NCBI RefSeq assembly: GCF_023055435.1
Contig: NW_025963779.1
Coordinates: forward strand, 19,220,001-19,284,000
Length of the DNA stretch: 64,000 nucleotides
Direction: 5' to 3'
DNA from: Haliotis rufescens
Taxonomy: Eukaryota
In this document: in pieces, positions 10,801 through 24,400 of the stretch
How positions within the stretch are numbered: position 1 is the stretch's first letter
How the letters are laid out: each line of letters begins with the position of its first letter
The notes under the pieces: generated by a model
Databases searched by the model: none
Seen by the model: only the letters and a program-made list of their open reading frames with translations
Told to the model about the DNA's origin: nothing
Position numbers and translations under genes: made by a program

Positions 10801-13544
10801 AGGTAACTTGCGAGCAATCAAATGAATCACTCGCTAAAAAATGTGACTATTTACGGTACTGTTAAATCGACAGTATAATCTTTCGTGTAACGGTTAATGT
10901 TCGTGACTGTTCATTGCAGGTACTGGTCAAGCAAGTGACGGCAGTGGCAGGCTTGTGGCTTTTTCATTCTCTTAATATATTCTTAAACTAATTGCAATTA
11001 TGCCAGTGACAATACTGGACAATTCAGATGGCTGTCAAAATGTTTTATATATTAAAAAAAGTTTTAAATTCAATAAAATCAACTTTTAGAGGACAGACAG
11101 ATCATACCAAGATATAACATCTCTAATCATCATATTTTGTATTGCGAAATTTACAGCCTCCATCAAATATCTATCTAAAAACAATTAGTGAAAAAACAAT
11201 GAACTTGAAATATTCCAAATCTGCTGTTCCACTTAATGTTTACTATGTGTAAAGTACCTTCATTTAATTGTGGAGAACAATTACATAACAAAATTCACAC
11301 TTTGAATGATTACTTTAATATGACATATATCCATCATGTCCCAAGTTCTATGTGATTCCATCAATCAAATGGAATACAACAGTCACTGAAATTAATAGTG
11401 TGATCATAAATGGCAGCCATGCCATGCCATGGAGATATGCCATGATGTTTTCTTCCCATATCAGAAATGTTATATCTCAAAGCATGAACCTTGAGACTGA
11501 CTCTATTTGCTCATATTTTTGTATCAATTTCCCACATTTCTTCAGGTCAACAATTGACACGCCTTTGCATGTGTTTCTGATGAGTGCCACCAGTGGTGCA
11601 GGATACAATCATCTTTTCACGAACAGCTGGTATAATCAATATTTTATAGTGATTCATCAACACATGCTGAAATACAGTCGCAAAAGTGGAAAATATTCTG
11701 CTTTTAGCAGAGATTTTTTGAGGCTCTGTAAAGCATTTTGTCACTTTTATTCACAAACCCAATCCCCTTGACAAGAGATGAATAGGTGACATTTACACCA
11801 TGATCACTCTGATGATGCAAGTTGAGCCAAAATAACAACAAAACATTTGCGCATAAGAATGATTTATTTACAAAATCATGAAAATATAACCAGTTTAATA
11901 CAAAGTGATATAGAAAAAGATGTCATTGACACAAGTAAACATCGATACCCTTCTGAATCCTGTGCAAACACAAACACTGCAAGCTGGTGTAGTGTGGGAT
12001 TATCATAAAGTTCAAAGTAAACTGCTACATTCAAAAGTTACATGGACTTCACCACACCCACTGAATAATGAAGGGTAATGTGTGGCAGGTTATATATTAC
12101 TTAGTAAAAGGATCTGCTGAATTTCACAAATGTTAACAAAATAATTATTCAGTGATAAAAAAACAAACCAAAAGTGCTTGGCATGGAAAGGGAGATAACT
12201 CTTTCATTTGGCAATCAGACACCCTCAACAGCACATTGAACGTTTCAGTTCTCTCAACAATTTATAGACACAACATACACTTTTTTACAATCAAGCTTTA
12301 TTCTGACCAATTAAAAAAACCTTCACATATAATATAACAGCTAAGAAGGTGAACAGCTGGACTTGTTTACAGGGCATACCAAGACATACACAAGCCTTAC
12401 ATTAGATAAATTACAAATAGCAGTATAGACTGTAAACTTCGCAACAATCCCTCATACCATGGACATCCACACACTCCAACTGCATCTAGATATAAATTAA
12501 ACACATTTCAAATCAAACATTTGTACAAATATTGTTTAATTACTTGTTGAATGGATATCATGTCAACGTATAAGCTCTAGGTATGTAAAGTCAAACTTTT
12601 AAAAGACAACAGATAGTAAGCTGTAGCTAATTCAAAAACAAATTTAAATGGGTCAATTTACATTTTTTGGAATATAAGCCCTTTTGAAACAGAATCCATT
12701 GTAGTTTTGGAACCAATCTCATTGAAAAAAGATCTTTTCCATGAAGTGGTATCATATCAAAGTAAAAGATCTGAATTCAATGAGATTGTGTTTTTAAGTA
12801 ATGTAGTTTTACCCTTTATTTCTCAGACTTTCTTCCCCTGACTAACACCACCACCACCAATAATGTCATTAGGCTCCATCATCATGATCATGTCAGGAAT
12901 ATGTTATTGTTACAAAAACTACAGTCATATTTGAAGTTTCGCTCGTCAGATACAAGAACTATTCACTCGTTTCACAAAATTGGTATTACACAGGAGCTTA
13001 TTTAGTATTCTATTTATTATTTGCTGTTTATAACTTTTTTTAAAACACTTCACTGTCATGTGTAAATAGGCGGACATCTCGCAATCCAGAACACAATCAA
13101 ATTGAGTTTAACAGAATAATACTTCAAACACATTAAAAGTTGACACATATTAATACAATGCCATACAACGGTCACTTTTAAAATGAAGGAATCCATTCCA
13201 CAATGGTAACGTAGCACGAAGGTGATTGTAACTCCCATACTTTAACATAAAGAACAAACAATTTATTTATTATCAGGTGAAATCATCTGGTTAATGTCAT
13301 TTAAGTGTACATTAAAATATGCAAAATTCTTTAAAAGAATGCATTGACTTGTTTCTGTTACCCAGGTAACTAGTAGCTTTGGCTTCCATAGTCTATGACT
13401 GTAAACTTTTTCCACATATTTAGCGTCATCATTCAGCCGTGGGATGTGCAGCATGAATCAACTATTTCAGTCATCATACATTCAATTTCATTTAGTCAAC
13501 AATCATTCATTTCCGCAGGGGGGGGGGAGAAGAGAGATGATTTC

Positions 13545-13645
13545 ACTGCATTGTTGGGTGATATCACTGCATTGTTGGATGATATCACTGCATTGTTGGA
13601 TGATATCATCCACTGTTGGATGATGTATGTCACTGCATTGTGACT
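13545..13645. repeat. Short 21-bp tandem repeat (~4 copies)
   Basis: gatatcactgcattgttggat units. Confidence 0.85.
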
Positions 13646-14283
13646 ATGTCGGTCACTGATGAGAAGACCATGTGAAAATCAGACATAGCCCAAACATCAT
13701 AAACAAAACATATCTCCACGTTTCCCATGCCTACATAATTGCTAGAAATAAATTATGACATAATTAAACATAATCTTTGTTTATTTGATGTTTTACACCA
13801 AAGTTAGCAATAATGTAGGTACATTGCATTGGCCTGTAAATAATCCAATCTGGACCAGGCGCACCAGAGTCTGATGCATGTGTCCCATCTTCAATCTTCT
13901 TTCTATGCAAATTCAATATTCAATGAACATATAAAAAACATACACTTAAAAGCATACTTTAAAAGATAATGTGTAACATAAAACATGTCAAATATACTCC
14001 ACAGAATATAAACTACCTACATTAACTAAAACGAATACTGTTTTCATATACAGAAATGATCCTATATTAAGCCATGATAATCAATCAGCACTTCCTTCCA
14101 GGGGTATCTTACACACCAAAAGTCTTATTTCAATTTCCATTGACTGCATCCTGAAGTATGACAAATGCTTTACAATCTGCTATGTACAGTGGAACTCTGT
14201 TAATGCAAACCCAAGAAGGGCAGCAGGAATACAGTCATACATAATCAAAGGGACATTACTCTGTATCCAGGATTCCTAAATCC

Positions 14284-14842
14284 AAACAAGACAAACAGTG
14301 ACCAGGGCTCACTAAAACCCCCGTCTTCGTCTCCCAACATATTTCTAATTGCAAAACCTGAAAAAAAATCATATGTGTTTCAGAAAATAAACTTTTCTAG
14401 TTATAGGTTGCACAAATGTTTCAGTAAAAACTTTCTAGCTAAAAAATGAAAAATAGCTGTATTTGACCAGAAAATCCAAACATTGAAAACAAAACCTGCA
14501 ATGCACCTCTCCTATTGTTATAGAAACTGTAACCCCAATTGGAAAAGAATCCATGAAGTAGCTTTCAAGTTATAGATCGTACAAATGTTTTAAGTAAAAA
14601 CAGTCCAAGTAAAAAAATGAAATAAAGTTGGGGGGTTTTCTCAGAAAATCCAAATACTGAAATCAAACTTCGCACTGCACGTCTCCTATAGATATAAAAA
14701 GTGTCCACCAAATTTGAAAAGAATCTATTAAGTAGTTTTCAAGTTATAGGTCACACACACAAAAATGTCCTCGGAAGGACATGAAGGACAGAATTCCTTG
14801 GTAAAACTATATACCCCTGCCCTATTAGGTTGTGGGTATAAT
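14284..14842 (+). mobile_element. Helentron/HINE (DINE-1/Pearl-like) non-autonomous element
   Basis: Begins aaacaag; ~2 internal ~173-bp tandem units; degenerate ggac microsatellite; terminal hairpin tatacccc...gggtata followed by an A/T-rich end. Confidence 0.6.
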
Positions 14843-16686
14843 ATATGTTAATCTTGGACTATGTCATGAAGATTAACAGGGATTCACTTAACTATGACAT
14901 ATTGTCCCCATCTGAATAAAGTGTACAGTTACACTGTAGCAGGATACATAAACTTGCAAATACATAAACAGGTTCGGCTCGACGTCTTTATATTTCTTGG
15001 TAAGCAGATATTTATGTGAAAAATCCTGGCTGGGAGGGAAACAGACAATAAGAAAACACATTTCAGATTATTATGTTGGTTCTTGAGAAGTAGTCTGAAT
15101 ATACTGCTGTGAAAGTTAAGCCTGTCACATCAGTCTTGCAGTTTAACCTACTGTGGGCCCTATGCTCCTGTGGTGACAATGCACTCAGCATGTTCAGCAA
15201 AATATAACAGTGCTTTTCAGATTAATTTTTCCGTAAATCACATAAAAAGGTCTTGCCTTAATATTCAAACTCAAATATGTCAGTGCTGAAAATATTACTT
15301 CATAATCAAACACACGAAAAGATCTATATCAGGCAAGCATAGCAAAATAGAGATCATTAAACCCTCTGCATCATCCGCGTCAACTTCATCCTACAATGTC
15401 ACTTAGCCATGTAAAGTTTGATACAACAATCTGTTTCTGGGTCAGACTGAGCCTGCTGGGCGGAATTGATCACAATCAGCAGTAAATCATTAATTGTGAT
15501 AGTTTTTGGTTGTTTTGTTTGTTTGGGGGGGGGGGGGGAAGGTAAAGGTGGACATGGTAGATGAGACTCAATGACTCAATGATTTTTATCCCCAAACCAC
15601 CCACACTGAATTGAAGGCCACAAGCTTTGTAAACCAATGAACAAATATAATGCCTATCAGTAGCAATGGAATTACTCGAACATTAGAACAGAATCTGCAT
15701 AACACACAGAGAGGATTTCATGGTGAAAAACATGAATAGGAACAAACATGACAATGATTTTAATGTCTGTATGACAAACAAACTTTCCTGAGATAATATA
15801 CCTGGTACCAAAAATATTTTTTTAAATTCTCAAGATGTCAAAACTCTTTAGTGTTGTGACTGCCTATAACACATTGAAAAAAACACACTTTAATTAGTAA
15901 AATAATGTTTCTATCATGAAATCTGATCTGTTATTTCATATGGCAGTCAAAGTGCTAACGGAACTGTCAACTTAGATATATCAACACACACGGTCACTAG
16001 TCCGTTAGTCTGAGACTAATGAACCCCAAAAGGGACTTGTTTTTCCCCAAATCTAGCTATTTTATAGTTGGATATGTATCAAAATCCATTTGTCATATGT
16101 TCATTTACTATGCCTAATGCACGATTAACATGAACAATAGCGAAAGCCAGCTATGCTACTAATGTGTAGGAAACAAACTCATTCACTTAATTCCTATGTT
16201 TTTCCCGTGCCTAACTTGCTGTCCTGTATTGACCATAGATTCATGAAATTATGAAAATATTTTCAGAATCTCAATGCACACAGTGATATAAAGGCACATA
16301 AGTGAGGGAGTATTTACAACACATACACAACAGTTCTCAAATACACTGCAAATTTCAGATTTTATCACCAACATCTTGGAAGACATGAATGTGGACAGGG
16401 CTTTGTCCCTTATTTACAAGTATTTCATCCTTATCCCCATGTCAGATATTACAGGTCTGGTCATCTTACAAGTGTCATAAACTAACTTGTCACCAAATGT
16501 CTGAAGAATTTAGAAAAACTATAGCATTAATTCCATACACCTTGTCATAAATAGGCCTGAAGTAGCTAACATCTTGTACACCAACGCCTGGGCAAACCAA
16601 TACTCAACAGTCTAAAAGGAAAATGAACATCAGGATTATCAGTGTCACCAAGTGGTTTGTCCTGTAGTATTTACCATAGGCACACA

Positions 16687-18267
16687 ACAGGGGCAGTGGT
16701 ATGTGTTTGTGGAACTGAAGTGTATTCTCTACAGGGGCAGTGGTATGTATTTGTTGAACTTAAGTGTATTCTCTACAGGGGCAGTGGTATGTATTTGTTG
16801 AACTTAAGTGTATTCTCTACAGGGGCAGTGGTATGTATTTGTTGAACTTAAGTGTATTCTCTACAGGGGCAGTGGTATGTATTTGTTGAACTTAAGTGTA
16901 TTCTCTACAGGGGCAGTGGTATGTATTTGTTGAACTGAAGTGTATGCTCCACAGGGGCAGTGGTATGTGTTTGTGGAACTTAAGTGTATTCTCCACAGGG
17001 GCAGTGGTATGTGTTTGTGGAACCGAAGTGTATTCTCTACAGGGGCAGTGGTATGTGTTTGTGTAACTGAAGTGTATTCTCCACAGGGGCAGTGGTATGT
17101 GTTTGTGGAACTGAAGTGTATTCTCTACAGGGTCAGTGGTATGTGTTTGTGGAACTGAAGTGTATTCTCTACAGGGTCAGTGGTATGTGTTTGTGGAACT
17201 GAAGTGTATTCTCTACAGGGTCAGTGGTATGTGTTTGTGTAACTGAAGTGTATTCTCCACAGGGGCAGTGGTATGTGTTTGTGGAACTGAAGTGTATTCA
17301 CTACAGGGTCAGTGGTATGTGTTTGTGGAACTGAAGTGTATTCTCTACAGGGGCAGTGGTATGTGTTTGTGTAACTGAAGTGTATTCTCCACAGGGGCAG
17401 TGGTATGTGTTTGTGGAACTTAAGTGTATTCACTACAGGGTCAGTGGTATGTGTTTGTGGAACTGAAGTGTATTCTCCACAGGGGCAGTGGTATGTGTTT
17501 GTGTAACTGAAGTGTATTCACTACAGGGGCAGTGGTATGTGTTTGTGGAACTGAAGTGTATTCTCTACAGAGTCAGTGGTATGTGTTTGTGGAACTTAAG
17601 TGTATTCTCTACAGGGGCAGTGGTATGTGTTTGTGGAACTGAAGTGTATTCACTACAGGGTCAGTGGTATGTGTTTGTGGAACTTAAGTGTATTCTCTAC
17701 AGGGTCAGTGGTATGTGTTTGTGGAACTGAAGTGTATTCTCTACAGGGGCAGTGGTATGTATTTGTGGAACTTAAGTGTATTCTCTACAGGGGCAGTGGT
17801 ATGTATTTGTGGAACTTAAGTGTATTCACTACAGGGGCAGTGGTATGTGTTTGTGGAACTGAAGTGTATTCACTACAGGGGCAGTGGTATGTGTTTGTGG
17901 AACTGAAGTGTATTCACTACAGGGTCAGTGGTATGTGTTTGTGGAACTGAAGTGTATTCTCTACAGGGGCAGTGGTATGTATTTGTGGAACTTAAGTGTA
18001 TTCTCTACAGGGGCAGTGGTATGTATTTGTGGAACTTAAGTGTATTCTCTACAGGGGCAGTGGTATGTATTTGTTGAACTGAAGTGTATTCTCTACAGGG
18101 TCAGTGGTATGTGTTTGTGGAACTGAAGTGTATTCACTACAGGGTCAGTGGTATGTGTTTGTGGAACTGAAGTGTATTCTCCACAGGGGCAGTGGTATGT
18201 GTTTGTGGAACTGAAGTGTATTCTCCACAGGGGCAGTGGTATGTGTTTGTGTAACTGAAGTGTATTA
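16687..18267. repeat. 44-bp minisatellite, ~36 copies, ~200 bp downstream of the M6PR-like stop codon
   Basis: Unit acaggggcagtggtatgtgtttgtggaactgaagtgtattctct. Confidence 0.97.
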
Positions 18268-18476
18268 TCTTCCAACAGATTTGTACATATTGCTGTTTGG
18301 AGATTGATTCGTCTTATCACAGAATGTCACTGGGTGAGATTTTAGCAGAATAACTTCTCATAGATATAATATTCTGCTTCCTGTTATACCATAATCTTCC
18401 TGTCAAATGACCATCTTGCTTGAGCATCTTCTTGACAGGCCAACATCACTTTTCTTTCACAAAACAGGCAGCATTC

Positions 18477-21400
18477 TCAAATACTCTCATACGATGAAGA
18501 TTCGACTTGACCGCAGCGGAATGTAAATAAAAACCCATCCTGAAACAAAAGAAGCAAGTTATTTCTCTGAAAATATGACACAATCTGATAGCTGGATCAA
18601 TTTCCTTATTTCATAAATATGTAGCGGACATAGAATTCTCATGATGGGATTCGAAACCCGGCCCGTCTGATCTGAGGTCAGACGCCATGTCCACGTGACC
18701 AAAGTGTCAACAAGCTGACTAGGTAAGGATCTCATCTGTGGGATGACTCCACACCCTGCTACATACTCCACTGTCAACAGAAGGCACGTCCCGGACCCAA
18801 TAGTAGGGTATTGAAACTTATTTTGCTCCAATCTAATGTGTACGTGCGCAGCCCCACGTTCATGGCCAATGTAGAGGCCATAAAATTTCCCAGTCCCGTG
18901 ATAGGATTTGAACCACGGACCTTCTCATCCGAGGTCGGACACCTTGTCCACATGACAAAGAAGGTTAACCCCATCAGCAAGCTGACAAGGTGAGGATGTC
19001 ATTTGTGGGATGACTCCATGATCTGCTACAAATGTCACACTTAAAATCATTGGGTGAGACTTATTTTTTATTTTATTCTGTCAGCCCTAAAATTATGCTT
19101 ATTAAAAAAAACACCCTACCTTTTCATCCTGACAAATTGTACAGTAGGTTTAATAGCAAGGTGAAGGAGACAACCCAACAAGCACTGCTCACATGGCAAC
19201 GTAGTTCGATAATGTTTGAAGAAGAAAAGAATATCTGAAATATCTTATTTATTTTCTGTATGTTCATCATAACATTCCGAAATAAGGATTTGACCTTGGA
19301 ATGATCTGTGAACAAGGAAACAAAACAACACTTGACTTATATTTGGATGTCAAATCATGACTTCAAAAATCATGCCAATGTCACAACTACAACTGGACTT
19401 GATACTAGTAATCCGGTCTTCACAAACCCTGCCAGCCTTAACAAATTATGGGACAGGAAGTAATTTTGTAAATTTTGCATTTAATTGTTTAATGTGTATA
19501 TACTTATCCTATCTCACTCGATGCATTTTTTTCAACATGCTTGAACAGTTTCCACCTTTCTAAGAAATCATCTGAACACATCCCAGTTTCACCATGGTTA
19601 CCACCCAAACAAAGGGTCATGCACTGTAATCCCGTGATTAGCGACCTACACAACTTGATCATGTGAACACTACTGCCACATCATTCTCTTTCTTACAGCT
19701 AAAAGGCTAGTTTCTGTGATGCCGGGATTTGAGGGCAAATAGTGTGTGTGATAAAGATAGGTACATATCCTATCTCCCACTATGCATATATCCCAAGGTT
19801 GGATGATGGGATGCAAATGCCCCAGCCAGTAGTAGACTTCAACCGTGAGACATACACGAGACAGTGAGTCACAGAAACAGTGGGAAGCCACGACCATATA
19901 TGACTTCCAGAAGCACCCATCCATTATGGCGGAGAGCCTTGGGATGCAGTTGCTGTGCAAGGCCATGGAAGAGGCAGCGGCTTGAGTCTCATGTGGTTTG
20001 GATGTTACAGGGGGTGGCAATACAGAGAAGGTGTAGGCCAGTAGGATCTTCGAACGAAGCCAAAGGAGACTGTAGTATGGGAGACTTCCATTGTAGCCAC
20101 CGTAGAAATAGTCTCTTCCGGGATTGCAAAAGTGGTCTCGCAGCCTCAATGTAGATTCAGAGTGCTTGAACCGGACAAAGAGATATCTTCAGGGTCCTCA
20201 GGGCTCGAGATGGCTGCCAGCAATGGGATGGTAAACAGCCGATATGGTTGTCCTGGAAGCTGATTTTTCACGAAAAAAATCCCAACAAATGCCCAGAATA
20301 ATCTTCACATTCTGTAACCTCTCAAACTGGACCCTGTTTAACATCCAGAGCAGGGATTTCGCTAATCTGTGCAGCAGTAGCAAGGGCGAAGAAGAAAGAC
20401 AGTCTTGAAGGTGATCGACTCAAAATCCTTGTCAGCAAGCGCTTCATATATACTCAGCCAAAGTCAAATGACTGAGAATGACGTTGAGATCCCAAGTTGG
20501 CAAGTTGAAATGGGATGGCTGGTCGGCTAACATGTAGAACCGAATGAGGGACTGTAGCTCAGCAACCAGAGAAATCTTCCATCTGGTTGTAGTAGCTATG
20601 CCGGAGTTGATCGCAGCAAGATAGGTGGCCAATGTGGAACCCTTAAACTTCAATTGGATGGACCAATTGGCTGCAAAGAGACTGAATCTTCTGCCTACCG
20701 GAGAGTCTATGATGGGTACATCTGGAGACATATGTTCCCCGTTGTCCTGAAGTTGATGTATGTCATATGGAGGCAATGTTGCCTGCATTGGCAGAATTGC
20801 TGCCATCCTTTGAGATGGAGAATGAATGACATCACACTGGGCAGAATAAAACTGGGGACATCGTCACTCTCTCTTCTGCTGCTCCTCTAGATGCAGTCAA
20901 AGGAGATCGACAGTCACATGTCATGTCCTGCTCGATCCCTTGCATCTGGTTTGCAAAGAGAAACCGAGCTGACCTAGGATGCTGGTACAAGTGCACCTTA
21001 AAGGGATCTTCACACTGACATTGTTGGAAACGTCGAGTGTGAAGGTCTGTGGCCGGTCTTGCATGATTGGAGAGAAGGTGCAAGATGGTCGCGATCATAT
21101 CCTGAATTATGACAAGATCCTCAAATTAAAGCCTGTTCATGAAACTTAGCGTGGAACACCAAAGTTGAAATGGCCTCAGTTGTCAAGAAGATAGTGGTAA
21201 TGAAAGGGAGCGTCTGCCTAACACACAAGCAGTGACAGACGTTCAAGGAGTGATAAGAGGGTCAACCAGAAGTAGTTGAAGCAGGCTTGGATGATTCAAC
21301 GGAAGAGGGAAACTTGTGAACATCCGATGTAAATGGTTGTTCCAACGGAGGCACAGACGCATCAGGAACGGACTGTTTAACCAGCACGGAAAGGGAATTC

Positions 21401-24400
21401 TTCTGAAAGAAAACTTTAAGAAAAGCTGTCATCGGCCACTGATAAAGCAGGCAAGATGGATTCCAGAGGTGGTTTGACAAAGTGGAGACAGCCGGTTTGG
21501 TTGAGTTCTTAGGCGAAGATGGCCCATGTTCCAAGTCCCTAAATTTCAAGCGCCGGTCAATTTCCTGTCTGTGGCACTGGTGTAGATAACCATTGAAGAG
21601 TTCTTCCGTAAGATGGGCACACAGGAGCGCTTGTCAGTTCTGCCACGGCATGACAGTCACAGCATAATTTCTGAAGGTCCGAAGTAGAAAAGATATTTCT
21701 ACACTCAAGACAGGCCGGGCAATGTTTCTTAGCTGTACTCAACTTCCTTCAAACATTAACATAAAGTCCGCAAGACGTTGGTGGTTAATACAACAACAAC
21801 AACAACAACAACAAAATGTATTCTCTGAACACTCACAGCACATCTCCACAGTGTGACAATGAGAAAGAGAATGGTATGGCAGGGGTAATCACGTGATCAG
21901 GTCGTGTAGGTCGCCAAGCACGGGGTTACAGTGCGTGATCAATTTGTTTGGGTGTTGACCATGGTGATGCTCGGATGTTTTCAGGTGATTTGTTTTTAGA
22001 AGCTATTTATTTATTAACATGTTGAATTCTAAAGATCACAACATTTTTCTTGACTCGGTGATGTCAACATGGTGACTTGTACATTAACCGGAGTATATTT
22101 GAATTATCTTTGAAAGCTGTTACAATTCAATGGCGTACAGAGTGTAAAAAAATATCTTAAGTCCTAAACAAGATGAAGGATTATTTACAGCAGGGTAAAT
22201 CTCTGCTAATAACTTACAGCAATATACACCGGCAGATCTGTCCAAAACTCGAGGTTTGGCACCGCCTCCTTCCCTCGGGCCCCACGACAGGCAATATTCC
22301 ACATGGCACCAAACACAAAGTAGGAAACCATAAACACGAGGAATCTGAAATGATATCAATGTGAGTGAGTGAGTGAGTGAGTGAGTGAGTGAGTGAGTGA
22401 GTGAGTGCCTTTACGCCGCTTTTTGCAATATTTCAGCAATATTTCAGCAATATCATGTGCAGGGGACACTGGAAAATGGGCTTCACACAATGTACAATGT
22501 GCCCATGTGGGGAATCGAACCCGGGTCTTAGGCGTGACAACCCGATGCTTTAACCACTAGGCTACCCCACCGCCCCTGATATCAATTTAAACATCAGCAT
22601 ATCAGTTATATATTTGCATTTCAGTAAACAGTTCAATGGAACGAAATCTATTTTAATTTTCTGTTTGATGACGTTGGCTGTGTGACTATTTCTTGATCAT
22701 TTTTATGGTACATTCTAAAATAATTCATGTTCACATGGAAAACATGAAAGCCATGGATTGATATGCAATCAACTGCACTGGCCTATACAAGCTGTCAGAA
22801 CAAAACAGTCCATGACCCTCTTCCACAAAATGATTATCACCATGGTCACAAGACTCACAACTAACAAAACCTCCACATATTATGGTGTTATGATCATTTT
22901 GGGAAATGGTATTGTGGAAATCTATGTTGCCATAATTACAAAAACAGAAGACAGAAATGAAATTGATAAAGCTCTACCATGAACTGTCTATAAGCATGAC
23001 AAGGAAATCATAAGATGCTTATTATCCTATGACAAAATGGTCAAGAGATCCACAGCTTACATTATAACCAAGACCGACCCGGCGCTCATTTGGTTTGTGA
23101 CTGTTGCAGGAATACTTCTGAGACATGCTCCAGCAAAATCAAATGTAACGTTGTACTGCCAAAGAAACAATTCACATGATCAAGGTTATTTCATTCAATA
23201 AAAAGCGAGTGAGTTGAAATGATCCCCACTTTTAACATGTTTAACAATATTAGTAAAATCTAAATATTTTTTTGCATTTGTACACTTATCCTGCATTACT
23301 CATGTTACTCATTACTACATCATAATTCATATAAATTCTAACTTGTGCTAAGCTGTGTTTGCAAAAACATTTAGTTGTACAAGTCAGAGAGTTCTATGGA
23401 TATACAACTTTTTTATCATATTGAATGCGATGTTTAATTTTAGTTAACTTCATTTGCTTAATATCAATGTTATTACAGTGAACTATGTTTAAAATGAACA
23501 CTCTTATAACTAACTACAGTCAAGTCTCATTAATCCGGCAATCAGCTATATCTGACACAAATGATGGGAACCGATTGAATCAGTTCTAAATAGATTGGTC
23601 TCCAGCGATAGAAACTAACAGTTTTAGTCCACTAGTCCTTATAATGATTACATATAGTAAGACCCTTAAAAAGGGATACCTTAACTATTCGGCAGTTTGG
23701 CAAGGACTACAGGACTAGTGCCAATTTCTAACGCTGGACTCTTGCACTCCGACACATGTCAGAACGACCTTTAGGAACTTTGACCGACCAATGAAATGAC
23801 TAACAGGAAGTCAACATGAGCCACTAAAATGTGAAGCTTTCTTGAGCTTGCGGGCACTAGTTTCAAACTGGCGACTTCCATTCCAGACTTTCGCTTCTTA
23901 ACATACAGTAAACTATGTTTATAACAAACACACTTATAACAAACTGAGGGATATAACAAACTGTTTTTTTGCCTCGTCCATTTGCTGTTATTATGCTGTA
24001 CATGTGCTTATAACGAACTACAGTTATTACAAACTAGATTTAGTGGTCCCTTTAAGTTTGTTATAACCATTGTTTACTGTATTTTGATTCAGTCATACAG
24101 CTCATAACTGTAGATTTGTGTTAAGCTTTAGAGCTTGCATGATTAGAGTGAGTGCGTGTGGTTTTACGCCGCTTTTTGCAATATTCCAGCAATATCACGG
24201 CGGGAGACACCAGAAATGGGCTTCACACATTGTACCCATGTCGGGAATTGAACCCGGGGGTCTTCGGCGTGGCGGGCGAACGCTTTAACCACTAGGCTAC
24301 CCGACCGCCCCTGCATGAATAGAAAACATATTCCGTTCACAATATAACATAACAACATGAATATTTTATTATTCGTGTTTGTATTATCTATCATGTAGCT

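Noticed and set aside
16687-18267. Plus-strand acceptor/8-nt/donor pattern (ttctctacag-GGGCAGTG-gtatgt) as a microexon array
   Set aside because: Antisense to both flanking genes, the implied introns are only 36 nt, and no plus-strand gene is evident. Not counted among the splice-site arrays.
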